Source: Candidatus Terraquivivens tikiterensis
Lineage (GTDB): Archaea; Thermoproteota; Nitrososphaeria_A; Caldarchaeales; Wolframiiraptoraceae
NCBI GenBank assembly: GCA_003056285.1
Contig: NDWU01000006.1
Span: 1,543 to 65,542, forward strand
DNA: 64,000 bases
Reading direction: 5' to 3'
Shown here: in pieces, positions 19,301 to 28,513 of the stretch
How the letters are laid out: every line of letters starts with the position of its first letter
Position numbering within the stretch: the stretch's first letter is position 1
Program-made: the position numbers and the translations under genes
The notes under the pieces: generated by a model
The model's database searches: none
The model's input: the letters and a program-made list of their open reading frames with translations, nothing else
Told to the model about the DNA's origin: nothing

Positions 19301-19579
19301 GTGAGCCTCTTTACGATTCAGACTAAGGCTTATATCTTGGCTAATCTGGATATAGAACAGCTGGAGGTTAAGATTCTGCGCTTCTGTCCAGACTGCGGCG
19401 GAACGATGTTCTACGACAGGGAAACGAGGCAATACGTATGCAATAGCTGTGGTGCTTCCTATACGATACAAGAGCTTATCGTAAGGAGGGAGAGGGAGCT
19501 GGCCCTAAAGGATGAGCAGGAAAGAAGGAAAAGACAGAAGGAAGAATATTTGGCATGGTGGCTCAGTAAGAAGAAATAG
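19301..19579 (+). CDS. zinc-ribbon protein with basic coiled C-terminus
   Basis: FCPDCGGTMFYDRETRQYVCNSCG, then an RRERELALKDEQERRKRQKEE tail. The start is uncertain. Confidence 0.6.
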   Translation: MSLFTIQTKAYILANLDIEQLEVKILRFCPDCGGTMFYDRETRQYVCNSCGASYTIQELIVRRERELALKDEQERRKRQKEEYLAWWLSKKK

Positions 19580-19585
19580 CTAGCG

Positions 19586-20587
19586 TCAACAGTCTTCGCG
19601 ATCGATCACTATCTCTTCCAGTGGACGAACATCGTTTGGTTTCCAGAAAGGCTCCCTTAGATAAACCGCTTTTAGGAATAGCCTTTCAAGCTCCTCATCT
19701 GAGGCACCGCTCCTCATCGGTGTCAAAAAGTCCACTAGGTTATCATCCCTCATCAAGCACGGTTTAAATTTTCCATCGTGCGTTATCCTTATCCTTGAAT
19801 CGTTCATGCAGAAATCGCAGTTTCTCATCGGTCTTACAAGTTCAACCCAGACGTTTTCAGGTAAAAGGTATTGCCTCCTCAAATGCAGTTTACGCGTTAC
19901 GCATTTTATTGCCCTCCTTTTAATAGCTTCCTCTACCGGTCCGAGGTTGTAATAATATTTTTGGAAAAACTCAGCACTCGATGCTTCACCTTCATGAACC
20001 AGCTCTATCAACTGGAGTATGCAGTTGTCATGCCCGAAAGCTTTCACGAAATTAATCATGTCATCTATCTCATCCTCGTTTACTCCCTTCATAACCACGA
20101 CGTTAAGCTTCACGGTCTCCATGCCAGCATCCAGGGCCGCTTTTATCGCATCTATCGTATACCTAAGCCTGTTTTCCCCGTCTACAGACCTCGTTCCGGT
20201 TATCCAGCAAAACTTTTGCGGGTCTACGGTGTGCAGGCTGATGTTGACCCTGCTTAGGCCGGCCTCGCGTAGCCTTTTCGCAAGCTGTGGAAACCGCGTA
20301 CCGTTCGTCGTCATAGAGATTTCTTTAAAGTTAAGGCCATGTAGCCTCTCAACTATCTCGACGATGTCGTTCCTAAGCATGGGCTCGCCCCCTGTCAGCT
20401 TGACGCTCTCGATGCCGAATTTCTTCAAAACCCTCATTACCCTCTCTATCTCTTCTGGCGTCATAGAGGTATCCGTGTTCTCGTAAACGCCTTCCATGTG
20501 GCAAAAGATGCACCTAAAGTTGCACTTAGCACTTGGGGTGAGCGATATCCTGACACCGTTAACTGGCCTGTTATACCTATCTAACAG
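19586..20587 (-). CDS. moaA: GTP 3',8-cyclase MoaA (radical SAM), start codon unresolved
   Basis: The track ORF (to 20497) lacks the cluster motif. The in-frame upstream extension encodes LLDRYNRPVNGVRISLTPSAKCNFRCIFCH (CX3CX2C). The only in-frame start candidate before the upstream TGA (20600-20602) is CTG 20585-20587. Confidence 0.85.
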   Translation of the reverse strand: MLDRYNRPVNGVRISLTPSAKCNFRCIFCHMEGVYENTDTSMTPEEIERVMRVLKKFGIESVKLTGGEPMLRNDIVEIVERLHGLNFKEISMTTNGTRFPQLAKRLREAGLSRVNISLHTVDPQKFCWITGTRSVDGENRLRYTIDAIKAALDAGMETVKLNVVVMKGVNEDEIDDMINFVKAFGHDNCILQLIELVHEGEASSAEFFQKYYYNLGPVEEAIKRRAIKCVTRKLHLRRQYLLPENVWVELVRPMRNCDFCMNDSRIRITHDGKFKPCLMRDDNLVDFLTPMRSGASDEELERLFLKAVYLREPFWKPNDVRPLEEIVIDREDC

Positions 20588-20674
20588 GCGCGTGCTCTTT
20601 CACCCTTCCACGTGAGCATGTTTTAAACGAATTTGGTTCCTGTTGCATACGACACCCTTTCCAAGTCGCCACGG

Positions 20675-20771
20675 CTCCGCCATCCCATGCCCCTCGTTAA
20701 CGCATAGGCTATAGGGGCGTACTCAACCCAAATAGTATCCAAGGGTATTTAAGTTTTGTCCGTTCATCCAA
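20675..20771 (-). repeat. copy B of TATA + conserved-hairpin leader element (upstream of moaA)
   Basis: See copy A. The stem has a U-G wobble only when read on the minus strand, toward moaA. Confidence 0.65.
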
Positions 20772-20839
20772 CCCTCGATAAGGGGATTGGTTAACGGAGC
20801 AGAAAGCCCTCGAACGACATAACCAATGCTCGTCCATCC

Positions 20840-23602
20840 TTAGAATAAGCTTTCCAATTTTTCCATAACCTCGTGAAACCTTTCTGAGTAGGGCGCCCCA
20901 CCCTGCCCCAAGTCCGGCTTTCCTCCACCCCTCCCTCCTAATGCCGATGAAACCTTTGACGCGATCCGGCCCGCATCTACGCCTAACCTTACAGCCTCCC
21001 CGTTTGCCATCGTCAGGACCCTCAGAGATTCTGTTCCAGCGAAGAGTATCGTCACGGCTGGTCCGGACATCCTGCTAAGAACCTCTGCAGCCAAGGATAT
21101 CAGGTAATCTTTATCGTCGATCTCCTCATAGCCCTTAACCACGGCTACATCGCCAACCTTTTCAACAGTAGAGATTAGCTCGATAGCTCTCTTCTTCGCA
21201 TAGGATTCCACCACCCTCTTAGCAAACTTCCTGGCCTCCTTTAGTTCCGTTATCAACTCCTCAGCCTTCTTATCCAGCTCCGATGTAGGGACCCCTAGGA
21301 CTTCGGCGGCTTTTTGGACAATCCTATCCTGCTCCTGGAGGTATGGTAAGGCAGAAGGCCCAGCGGCGAATATAAGACGCTCTACCCCATCCTGTATTCT
21401 CTCGGTTTTTAATATCTTTATGATTCCCACGTCCTCCGTATTCTCGCAATGTAAACCGCCGCATGCCTGAGCATCCCAACCTGGAATCTCGACAACCCTT
21501 ATCACGGCGGATGGTACCTCACCACCCTGATAAAGACGGAAGCCGTAGCGCGCCTCGGCCTCGTTCCTATCCATCATGCGGACGTGGATGGGAATGCCTC
21601 TCTGGACTACATCGTTCGCTAAGGATTCAATCCTTTGGACTTCCTCCAGCGTTAGCCTCTTATGATGGGATATGTCTAGCCTCGCCTTATCCGGCTCCTT
21701 TTTAGCGCCGGCCTGCCATACATGCTTCCCCAGGACTTGCCTCGCTGCGCTTAGCAGTATGTGGGTCGCCGTATGGTGCCTCATTATCTTTAACCTTCGC
21801 TCGATATCGACCTCGCCTACGACGACCTCGCCCTCGGCGGGCCTCGCTCCTAAAAACTTATGCAGGATGACACCGTCTACGAGTTGTACGTCTACTATCT
21901 TGCACTCGCCTGTGCTGAAGCGAAGGATTCCGGTGTCGCTGACCTGGCCTCCGCTCTCGGCATAGAATAACGTCCTGTCCAAGATAACGTATTCACCAGA
22001 AACCCTTAAAACCTTTGCCTCGAACTTCCTTTCTAATGGAGAGTCGTAGTAGAGCTTAACCGTCGGGCTCAAACCTTGAACGATGACCTCGATATCTTTT
22101 CCTACGCTGGCAACAGTCGGCGCTTCCTGCAAATGCCTAGATGCGACGTGCTCGTAAAAATTCTCGGGCACGTCAACCTTGAGCTGTAGCTTATGGGCAA
22201 TGCGCTCTACTATATCCGGCGTTATGCCCTTTTCATCGTAAACCTTGACGAGGAAATCGAGTGGGATCGTGTCCGAACGTCTCTTTATGCTCGCCAACTC
22301 CCTCTCGACGTACGCCGTCCCCTTATCTATCGTTTCTTTGAATTTCGAAACCTCTGTCGATACGATGTCCAGAACTTCGTCTCGCATCTCCGCAAGGTAA
22401 GGGAAGTCATCCGACCAGTAATCGATCTGCATCTCGATTAGCTCTGCCAGTCTGTCCTCGTGGCCTATTGCCTGGAGAACCCTGTATGCCTTCCTGAGCA
22501 ACAGCCTTGCTAAGTACCCCGATTTGGCGTTAGATGGCACTATGCCCTCGGAGAGTATGAAGGTTATAGATTTCGTGTAATCGAGGGATGCGAAAAACTT
22601 CTCCAGCGGTACTATTAATTTTTCGATAGTCTCGACGGGTATGCCGGAGGCCTTTGCAATCCTCCTCCTTACTTCGGCGATGCTCGTACCCTCCTTGGGT
22701 GTAACGATGGCCGTGTAGGGAGAGTAGGCATCGAGTATGCTCTCATCTGGCATCTCGACGCCAAGCATGTCCATTGCCCTTTTGTAAAGTTCTCCATAGA
22801 CCGCCTCGAACGAGCTGTGCGTTCCTTGACTGAACCAAGCATACCTCTCGATACCGTAACCCGTGTCCACGGTTCTTATCGGTATCTCGACGAGCTCGCC
22901 GTCTAACGTCTTGTAGTGCATGAAGACAAGGGTTGCTAGCTCCAACCCCTCTGACACAGTCTCGAAGCAAGGGCCAGCATTGCCACCTCCAGACCATACG
23001 GACTCCTTGTAGGTTATCCTATCCTCCCTTATGCCGAGCTCCCTCGTCGCAAACTCGTGGTGGTACTGGACCGTAGTATCCTTCCAGTAAACCTCCTTGT
23101 CGGGATAGTTGAAGGCATGCGCTCCACCCATCTCGAATATCGTCAGATGCCTGCCGAACGTAAGGCCAACCTTGTCTATATCCACGAGCCTAATACACGG
23201 CTGGCTCACGACTAAGGGGTTGGCGGGCGGAGGCGCTATGCCCGACGTAACCCATGGCTGGAAGTCTACGATGCTCGCCGACACGAGATACAGGTCGGTC
23301 CTCCATCTGGGCACGACCGGGTAAGGCTTTATTATCTTATGGCCCTTCCTCTCGAAGAACTTTAGGAACTTTTCCCGTACATCCTTCAGCGTTAGCCTAT
23401 CGTTGGTCAGCCTTTTCCCTATAAAAGTATAGGGAACGCACGGTGATTCCCCACAGACATCTCTATCGGCGTCGAGCGTCCAAAAATACTCACCACAGAC
23501 TGTACATTTCTTTCTAGTAAAACCATTGTTTATAAAAAATTCTAGTTTGTAAGCCTCCGGCGGAAAACTCATGAGGCTTGGCACCATCAAAGCGCTAGCC
23601 AA
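20840..23602 (-). CDS. alaS: alanyl-tRNA synthetase (archaeal type)
   Basis: 920 aa with N-terminal [10 protein letters not shown], the editing-domain HHTATHIL motif and a C-terminal DHHA1-like GGRGGGKP. Confidence 0.95.
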   Translation of the reverse strand: MASALMVPSLMSFPPEAYKLEFFINNGFTRKKCTVCGEYFWTLDADRDVCGESPCVPYTFIGKRLTNDRLTLKDVREKFLKFFERKGHKIIKPYPVVPRWRTDLYLVSASIVDFQPWVTSGIAPPPANPLVVSQPCIRLVDIDKVGLTFGRHLTIFEMGGAHAFNYPDKEVYWKDTTVQYHHEFATRELGIREDRITYKESVWSGGGNAGPCFETVSEGLELATLVFMHYKTLDGELVEIPIRTVDTGYGIERYAWFSQGTHSSFEAVYGELYKRAMDMLGVEMPDESILDAYSPYTAIVTPKEGTSIAEVRRRIAKASGIPVETIEKLIVPLEKFFASLDYTKSITFILSEGIVPSNAKSGYLARLLLRKAYRVLQAIGHEDRLAELIEMQIDYWSDDFPYLAEMRDEVLDIVSTEVSKFKETIDKGTAYVERELASIKRRSDTIPLDFLVKVYDEKGITPDIVERIAHKLQLKVDVPENFYEHVASRHLQEAPTVASVGKDIEVIVQGLSPTVKLYYDSPLERKFEAKVLRVSGEYVILDRTLFYAESGGQVSDTGILRFSTGECKIVDVQLVDGVILHKFLGARPAEGEVVVGEVDIERRLKIMRHHTATHILLSAARQVLGKHVWQAGAKKEPDKARLDISHHKRLTLEEVQRIESLANDVVQRGIPIHVRMMDRNEAEARYGFRLYQGGEVPSAVIRVVEIPGWDAQACGGLHCENTEDVGIIKILKTERIQDGVERLIFAAGPSALPYLQEQDRIVQKAAEVLGVPTSELDKKAEELITELKEARKFAKRVVESYAKKRAIELISTVEKVGDVAVVKGYEEIDDKDYLISLAAEVLSRMSGPAVTILFAGTESLRVLTMANGEAVRLGVDAGRIASKVSSALGGRGGGKPDLGQGGAPYSERFHEVMEKLESLF

Positions 23603-23906
23603 AGAGTGCGCTCAAGCCGGCAAGTGCCTCTTCCTCTTCCTTCTTCTTCGCCTCCTCCTTCTTTTCCTCTTTCGGTTTTGCCTCCGGCTGAGCCGGTGCG
23701 GTAGGAGCAGTCGCCGCCACGAACGGGGTAGCCATAGCTCCCTTCAAGACCTCGTCTATGTTTATCTCAGAGAGGGCGGCTACGAGGGCCTTCACCCTGC
23801 TTTCGTCGGGCTGTATGCCGGCCGCGGAAAGGACGCTCTTTACGCCTTCTTCGTTCACGGGCTTTCCGGCCTTATGAAGGAGGAGAGCCGCGTATATGTA
23901 CTCCAT
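23595..23906 (-). CDS. rpl12: 50S ribosomal stalk protein P1 (L12e)
   Basis: [26 protein letters not shown]... with an acidic/K-rich tail ending GLSALFG. Confidence 0.9.
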   Translation of the reverse strand: MEYIYAALLLHKAGKPVNEEGVKSVLSAAGIQPDESRVKALVAALSEINIDEVLKGAMATPFVAATAPTAPAQPEAKPKEEKKEEAKKKEEEEALAGLSALFG

Positions 23907-24017
23907 ATTGTCAAACCCACCTGGAGACCTCTAAAATGGACTGGCTCTTAAACCTTTAATTTTAAGGCTGGTTTATACCCTAAGTTTAAATTTTTCTGCT
24001 AAAACGTCTTCATTGGT

Positions 24018-24135
24018 AGCCCGGTCGTCTAGCGGCCAAACGCTGGTCAGACATGCAGGGCCAAGGATCGCGGGCTTTGGATCCGCCGTCCGGAGGAGAA
24101 CCCCGCGGACGCCGGTTCGAATCCGGCCCGGGCTA
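24018..24135 (+). tRNA. tRNA-Gln(UUG) with two introns (D-loop and 37/38)
   Basis: Acceptor AGCCCGG/CCGGGCU, D arm GUCU-AGCGGCCAA-GGAU, anticodon arm GCGGG-CUUUGGC-CCCGC, T arm GCCGG-UUCGAAU-CCGGC. It requires removing about 25 nt (24039-24063) and about 20 nt (24081-24100), leaving 73 nt mature. TATA-like gtttaaattt lies about 27 nt upstream. Confidence 0.8.
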
Positions 24136-25329
24136 CTATTTTTCTTCCTTAACGATCCGGAGGAGGGTATCGGCTAAGTTATCGGCAGAGTCTTCATACG
24201 GATGAGAAAGTTCCACGAATCTTATCCCGTAAAACTCAGCAAGCTTTCTGGCTCTGTGACTCAGGGGCTGTATGCCCATGAGCACTTTAACCCTCGCACC
24301 CACGTCGCTCGCCATGGCGTAAAAGCTTGAAACTTCCTCCTCGCCGATGGGTCTAGTCCCGATGACCGTGTGTAGTGTTAAGTAAGGTCGACCGCTTTCT
24401 GCTTCAGAAGAAGCGACGAGGGCAAACGTATGCAGCGCGCCTGACGTGCCCCTCAGCGTCGCAGGCGACTCCACGGTCCATCCTGCTGCCCTAAGCTTTT
24501 CTACTGCCGGCTTGAGGAGAGCATGAGGGATCCCTTTGAGCACGAAGTATGCCTTCTTTCCAACCCTATTCTTGGATAGCAGCCCGAGCGCGGCCAGCTG
24601 GTTGAGGTACATGCTTTCCAAACCCCTAGATCTGCCAGTCTCGGCTACGACGTCTTCGGCCGTCACGCAAAGCTTCCTTAGCACAACCTCGTACGTGGGT
24701 CTGAGCCTTTCGTTCAACCCAGCCTCCGGAAACTCTTCTATGAGGACGTTGCCCGATGCGGTCTTTACTTCCACCGCCTCGGCAATCCTGTTCACCTTGA
24801 GCGTTAGCTCCTCGACGAGTTTTGATAACCTCTTCAGCTCTTCTTTTATAATCTCTATGTCAGACCTCAAGCCCTCTCCCTGATCGTTTACCCCAGCATC
24901 CGTCGCGGCGATCTCATAGCAGTACAATGCTTTCTCCTTAGCCTTGCTTAAACCGAAGACGTTACCGCAGCGTTCGCAGGAAAGTACGATGCTTGGTGAG
25001 AAAAAGCTCGCGCCGCAGCTTTGGCATATAAGCTTCTCATTGGCATGCACGATATCCCTGGAACCGCACTCTGGGCATGCCTCGACGAACTCCTGCGTAA
25101 TGGACCCGCATTTAGGACAAGCCCTCATCTTCATAGCGTACGTCTTCCTTAAAAGGCCCTTGGAAGCGAATGACTCCAACAACTCGACGGTCTCCTCACC
25201 TTCTGTTCCGAACAAAGCATCTGCCTCTGGGTAAGCATACTGTATATTAGAGTACGGGTCGATCCGGGGAGTCAGCTTAGTCAGTCCGCAGAGCCTCAAA
25301 CGGGCCATCAGGCCCTCTTTTTCAGACAT
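24136..25329 (-). CDS. multi-zinc-ribbon / coiled-coil / wHTH protein with C-terminal restriction-endonuclease-like (probably non-catalytic) fold
   Basis: CPKCG..CPECG..CQSCG..CERCG, a coiled-coil (IEIIKEELKRLSKLVEEL), wHTH (VVAETGRSRGLESMYLNQLAALGLL), and a C-terminal beta-alpha pattern (...TFALVAS...VKVLMGIQPLSHRARKLAEFYGIRFVE). Confidence 0.7.
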   Translation of the reverse strand: MSEKEGLMARLRLCGLTKLTPRIDPYSNIQYAYPEADALFGTEGEETVELLESFASKGLLRKTYAMKMRACPKCGSITQEFVEACPECGSRDIVHANEKLICQSCGASFFSPSIVLSCERCGNVFGLSKAKEKALYCYEIAATDAGVNDQGEGLRSDIEIIKEELKRLSKLVEELTLKVNRIAEAVEVKTASGNVLIEEFPEAGLNERLRPTYEVVLRKLCVTAEDVVAETGRSRGLESMYLNQLAALGLLSKNRVGKKAYFVLKGIPHALLKPAVEKLRAAGWTVESPATLRGTSGALHTFALVASSEAESGRPYLTLHTVIGTRPIGEEEVSSFYAMASDVGARVKVLMGIQPLSHRARKLAEFYGIRFVELSHPYEDSADNLADTLLRIVKEEK

Positions 25330-25430
25330 CTTTTATTCGCGTCTAAATCTTATAAGCTCATAACTTAAAAATTTTGCCTAAAACCAGTTTGACGAAAATT
25401 TTATTTATAATTTTTATATTCATTACTAAC

Positions 25431-25601
25431 ATGAGTAAAAGCAAGAGGTCATCATGGATGATATACCAAGCGCTCCTGGAATGCTTCTCCCAAGAGTTCC
25501 TCTCTCTAGCATGCCCTCGTGACAAAAAAACCATCGAGGTCATGCCTATAATCCCTGATGGACATTACATCCAAGCCTACATCCCTAGGTGCGTGGTATG
25601 A
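25431..25601 (+). CDS. small protein (56 aa), unknown, coupled to the RHH gene
   Basis: MSKSKRSSWMIYQALLECFSQEFLSLACPRDKKTIEVMPIIPDGHYIQAYIPRCVV. An AT-rich TATA block (25401-25420) lies directly upstream and the stop overlaps ATG 25598. Confidence 0.45.
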   Translation: MSKSKRSSWMIYQALLECFSQEFLSLACPRDKKTIEVMPIIPDGHYIQAYIPRCVV

Positions 25602-25783
25602 AGCTCGTCTCGGTTAAGATGCCAGAGGCGCTGATAGACGGTATTGATGAGCTAGTAAGGTTAAACTTGTATCCAAGCCGGAGCGCTGTAATAAGGGCTG
25701 CTGTAAGAGACCTGCTAAAAACCGAGCTGCCCGGTTGGTCAGCAGGAAAGAAACGTATAGAGGTCCCGCCGGGAGAGGGGTAA
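25598..25783 (+). CDS. ribbon-helix-helix (CopG family) protein, paralog of 7130-7330
   Basis: MKLVSVKMPEALIDGIDELVRLNLYPSRSAVIRAAVRDLL. Confidence 0.75.
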   Translation: MKLVSVKMPEALIDGIDELVRLNLYPSRSAVIRAAVRDLLKTELPGWSAGKKRIEVPPGEG

Positions 25784-25975
25784 CTGTGTTGTTAACACCG
25801 TTGGCGGGAAATCCGCATACTCTAGGTGTTGGATAAAGGTGAATGCGTGGCTCCGTCCGTTCATCCCGAAGGTCTCTCCATGTTAGGAGAATGGGAGGAT
25901 CCGCTAGCTTTTGAAAGTTGGCAAGCGTCAGAACGGCTCACGGATCAGCCCTAGGAAGCGCTAGTCCGAACAAAA

Positions 25976-26284
25976 CTACCTGTTGACCTCCTCGTTTATC
26001 CTATCGGCCATCACGTGGTTCTTGCAGATGACCGCTACCTTTTTTACACCCTCAACCTTCAAGGATATGGCCTTCAGCGCCATGGCGTAGCTAAAGGCCA
26101 TGGGGTTATAGGGACTACTGGGCGTGAACTCTATTTGGATAATCCCCTCATCCAGCTCTTTTACGCTGAGCATCGCTTGGCTCTCCACTATACTTAGACC
26201 CGTAACCGGATCCCTGAAATTTCGTAGCTTTTCTCTGACTTTTTCTGCTAGCGACAAGCTATACTTCGTTTTGAATAGGCTCAA
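25976..26284 (-). CDS. DUF59/MIP18-family Fe-S assembly protein
   Basis: ...DPVTGLSIVESQAMLSVKELDEGIIQIEFTPSSPYNPMA... Confidence 0.75.
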   Translation of the reverse strand: MSLFKTKYSLSLAEKVREKLRNFRDPVTGLSIVESQAMLSVKELDEGIIQIEFTPSSPYNPMAFSYAMALKAISLKVEGVKKVAVICKNHVMADRINEEVNR

Positions 26285-26312
26285 ATAAATGTTTTGGCTT
26301 TAGTGCGTCGGC

Positions 26313-26516
26313 CTAAGCAGAAAGAAGATTAATATAACGACTACCATAACGACGTAGATTATTAACATCATCCTCCTGCTCCTTTTCTTTGCTAAGCTCA
26401 AGCTTCTCCCTGCAATCCGGCGAGCAAACCTGTTCGTCGGGCGGAATCGCCCGGCCGCACACGATACAGTGACGATGATCTACTATCTTTGGCTTTTCCT
26501 TCTTCTGTTGACCCAA
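26313..26516 (-). CDS. DUF2116-like zinc-ribbon protein (possible frameshift before its TM tail)
   Basis: HRHCIVCGRAIPPDEQVCSPDCRE. The expected C-terminal TM helix (MMLIIYVVMVVVILIFFLLRPTH) is encoded in another frame at 26300-26371. Confidence 0.6.
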   Translation of the reverse strand: MGQQKKEKPKIVDHRHCIVCGRAIPPDEQVCSPDCREKLELSKEKEQEDDVNNLRRYGSRYINLLSA

Positions 26517-26554
26517 TCAGCTACACCATCGCAAACTTTTCTGTAACGCTTCGC

Positions 26555-27169
26555 TTAAGTACTTTTGCTTTTATACCTCTCTTCCAGATATACGTTGCCG
26601 CGCTCATGGTATCCCCTAGCTTCCCAATAACCATCCACGTAGGATTTCATGAATTCTATGGAAACCAGCCACTTAGCACTCTTCCACGCGTACAGGTGCG
26701 GTATGAACGGTCTGGCCGGAAAACCCTGCTCCACGGTGAGCGGCTTGCCGTTCATTTTCAGCACCACCAAGGATTTTTCATGCAAAGCGTCTTCGATGGG
26801 TACGGGTGCGGTGTACCCGTCGGCGCATACGAACATAACCCATTTCGCCTCCGGTCTTACGCCCGCAAGCTCTGCTAAATGGCGCATGCTAACCCCCTCG
26901 AACTCAAGGGACCTTAGGCTCCAGCCTGTGACGCAGTGGAAGTCGTCCAAGATCTTCGTCTGGGGCATGGAGGAAAGCTCCTCATAGCTCAGGACGAGTA
27001 TTCTTTCCGTAAGGCCTCCCATTGTCAGAGTCCAGGATGCCAGGTCTATTTTAGGTACACCAAGAGCGGAATATATCTGCCACTCCTCTACAAATCTTTG
27101 GCCCGGTGGTGGCTTTGGCTTACCCATAGAGCCCCAATAGGGTTGATGAGATATGAACGTTTCCTCCAT
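26555..27169 (-). CDS. molybdopterin-binding oxidoreductase (sulfite oxidase / MsrP-like Moco domain)
   Basis: FHCVTGWSLRSLEFEGVSM..., GKPLTVEQGFPARPFIPHLYAWKSAKWL. Confidence 0.85.
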   Translation of the reverse strand: MEETFISHQPYWGSMGKPKPPPGQRFVEEWQIYSALGVPKIDLASWTLTMGGLTERILVLSYEELSSMPQTKILDDFHCVTGWSLRSLEFEGVSMRHLAELAGVRPEAKWVMFVCADGYTAPVPIEDALHEKSLVVLKMNGKPLTVEQGFPARPFIPHLYAWKSAKWLVSIEFMKSYVDGYWEARGYHERGNVYLEERYKSKST

Positions 27170-27203
27170 GAGCGGTTATATTCAGGGTTTGTTTTAAATA
27201 ATT

Positions 27204-27902
27204 TTGATGGAGTCAGTCAAGGTTGGCACCTCGGGCTATGCCTACTTCTGGAATAAAGGCAGGCCTACCCCGTTTGAATGGTACCTAAATCAAGGGTTTA
27301 AGACCGTCGAGATAAATGCCTCGTTCTACAGGTTTCCAAGCAAGTCTTGGACGAGCGCATGGCTTAAGGCGCCCAAAGGCTTCGACTTCAGCATAAAAGT
27401 TCACAGGTTCATTACGCATAGGAGCAGGCTGGGCGACGCCGCCCTGCGGCTATGGCCACAGTTCGTAAGACCCCTAGAGGACATCCTTGACAAAGTATCC
27501 TTCTTCCTCTTCCAGTTGCCCCCAACATTCGTATCCAACTCAGCAAACCTAGAGAGGTTGACGAAATTCTTCAAAAAGGTAGATTTGTCGTGTACACCGG
27601 TCGTGGAGTTCAGGCATGATTCCTGGTGGAACAGGATAAGCGACGTGGAGTCCTCCGGCTTAGTCTTTTGCTCAGTCGATTCACCAGACTTACCGAGGGG
27701 CATATTTGCGACGAACGACACGGTTTACTTAAGGCTGCACGGAAGGGGTGCTTGGTACGCCTACACGTACGACGAATCTGAGCTGAAGGAGATTGCAGGG
27801 AAAATAAGCGCATTGAAGGCGTCAAGGAAGTACGTTTACTTGAACAACGACCATGGGATGTTGTCCAACGGAAAGCTTCTCATGAAGTTGCTGGGATGTT
27901 GA
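27204..27902 (+). CDS. DUF72 family protein
   Basis: VGTSGYAYFWNKG...VEINASFYRFPS...FSIKVHRFITH...YLRLHG. Confidence 0.85.
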   Translation: MMESVKVGTSGYAYFWNKGRPTPFEWYLNQGFKTVEINASFYRFPSKSWTSAWLKAPKGFDFSIKVHRFITHRSRLGDAALRLWPQFVRPLEDILDKVSFFLFQLPPTFVSNSANLERLTKFFKKVDLSCTPVVEFRHDSWWNRISDVESSGLVFCSVDSPDLPRGIFATNDTVYLRLHGRGAWYAYTYDESELKEIAGKISALKASRKYVYLNNDHGMLSNGKLLMKLLGC

Positions 27903-28431
27903 AAACGACTTTTTCGTAACATCCGACGTTGTCCCCTGCCCTTGCCCATAGTATCAGCACGTTGTTTGTTACCACATCCTTCTCCGTGCTCACGCTTACT
28001 TCCACCACCTCAGAACCCGGCGGGAATACCCAGTAGACTTCATAATCGTACTCCGTCACCTCCTCATCGTAAAAACACTCGTAGACGTTCATACCAGCTC
28101 TGAGCTTGGCCCTGAACTGGACGAAGAACGTTATGCAAGGAAGGTTTTCGGAGCCCCTAAAATCTAGGGCGGTCGTCAGGACCTCGGGCCTGCACACCTC
28201 ACCGTTAACCTTTACAACCTCTTCGTCGAGAATGGATTGCATGCTCTGGACGAGCCCATCCATCTCATCATAGTACCGCTCCTCGTCTTCGAGCAGGGAA
28301 TGGTAGAAGCCAGAAGGGTCATGGTAGTCGAAGCTGATTAGCTGATTGAACAATCCGTCTGCCGATACCAGCATGAACTCGTGCGCATGTAACGGCTTTA
28401 TGGCTCCTGCCGCATGCTCTCCCATACACAA
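27880..28431 (-). CDS. acidic hypothetical protein (183 aa)
   Basis: Long ORF with protein-like composition; no family recognised. Confidence 0.55.
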   Translation of the reverse strand: MCMGEHAAGAIKPLHAHEFMLVSADGLFNQLISFDYHDPSGFYHSLLEDEERYYDEMDGLVQSMQSILDEEVVKVNGEVCRPEVLTTALDFRGSENLPCITFFVQFRAKLRAGMNVYECFYDEEVTEYDYEVYWVFPPGSEVVEVSVSTEKDVVTNNVLILWARAGDNVGCYEKVVFNIPATS

Positions 28432-28513
28432 GCCCTGCAGGAATCAAAAGGCTTTTGGGTAGTTAAGGATTTAAGAGGAGGCTTTTTTCCTTAAAAACAT
28501 CGGTGGTGGTGAA

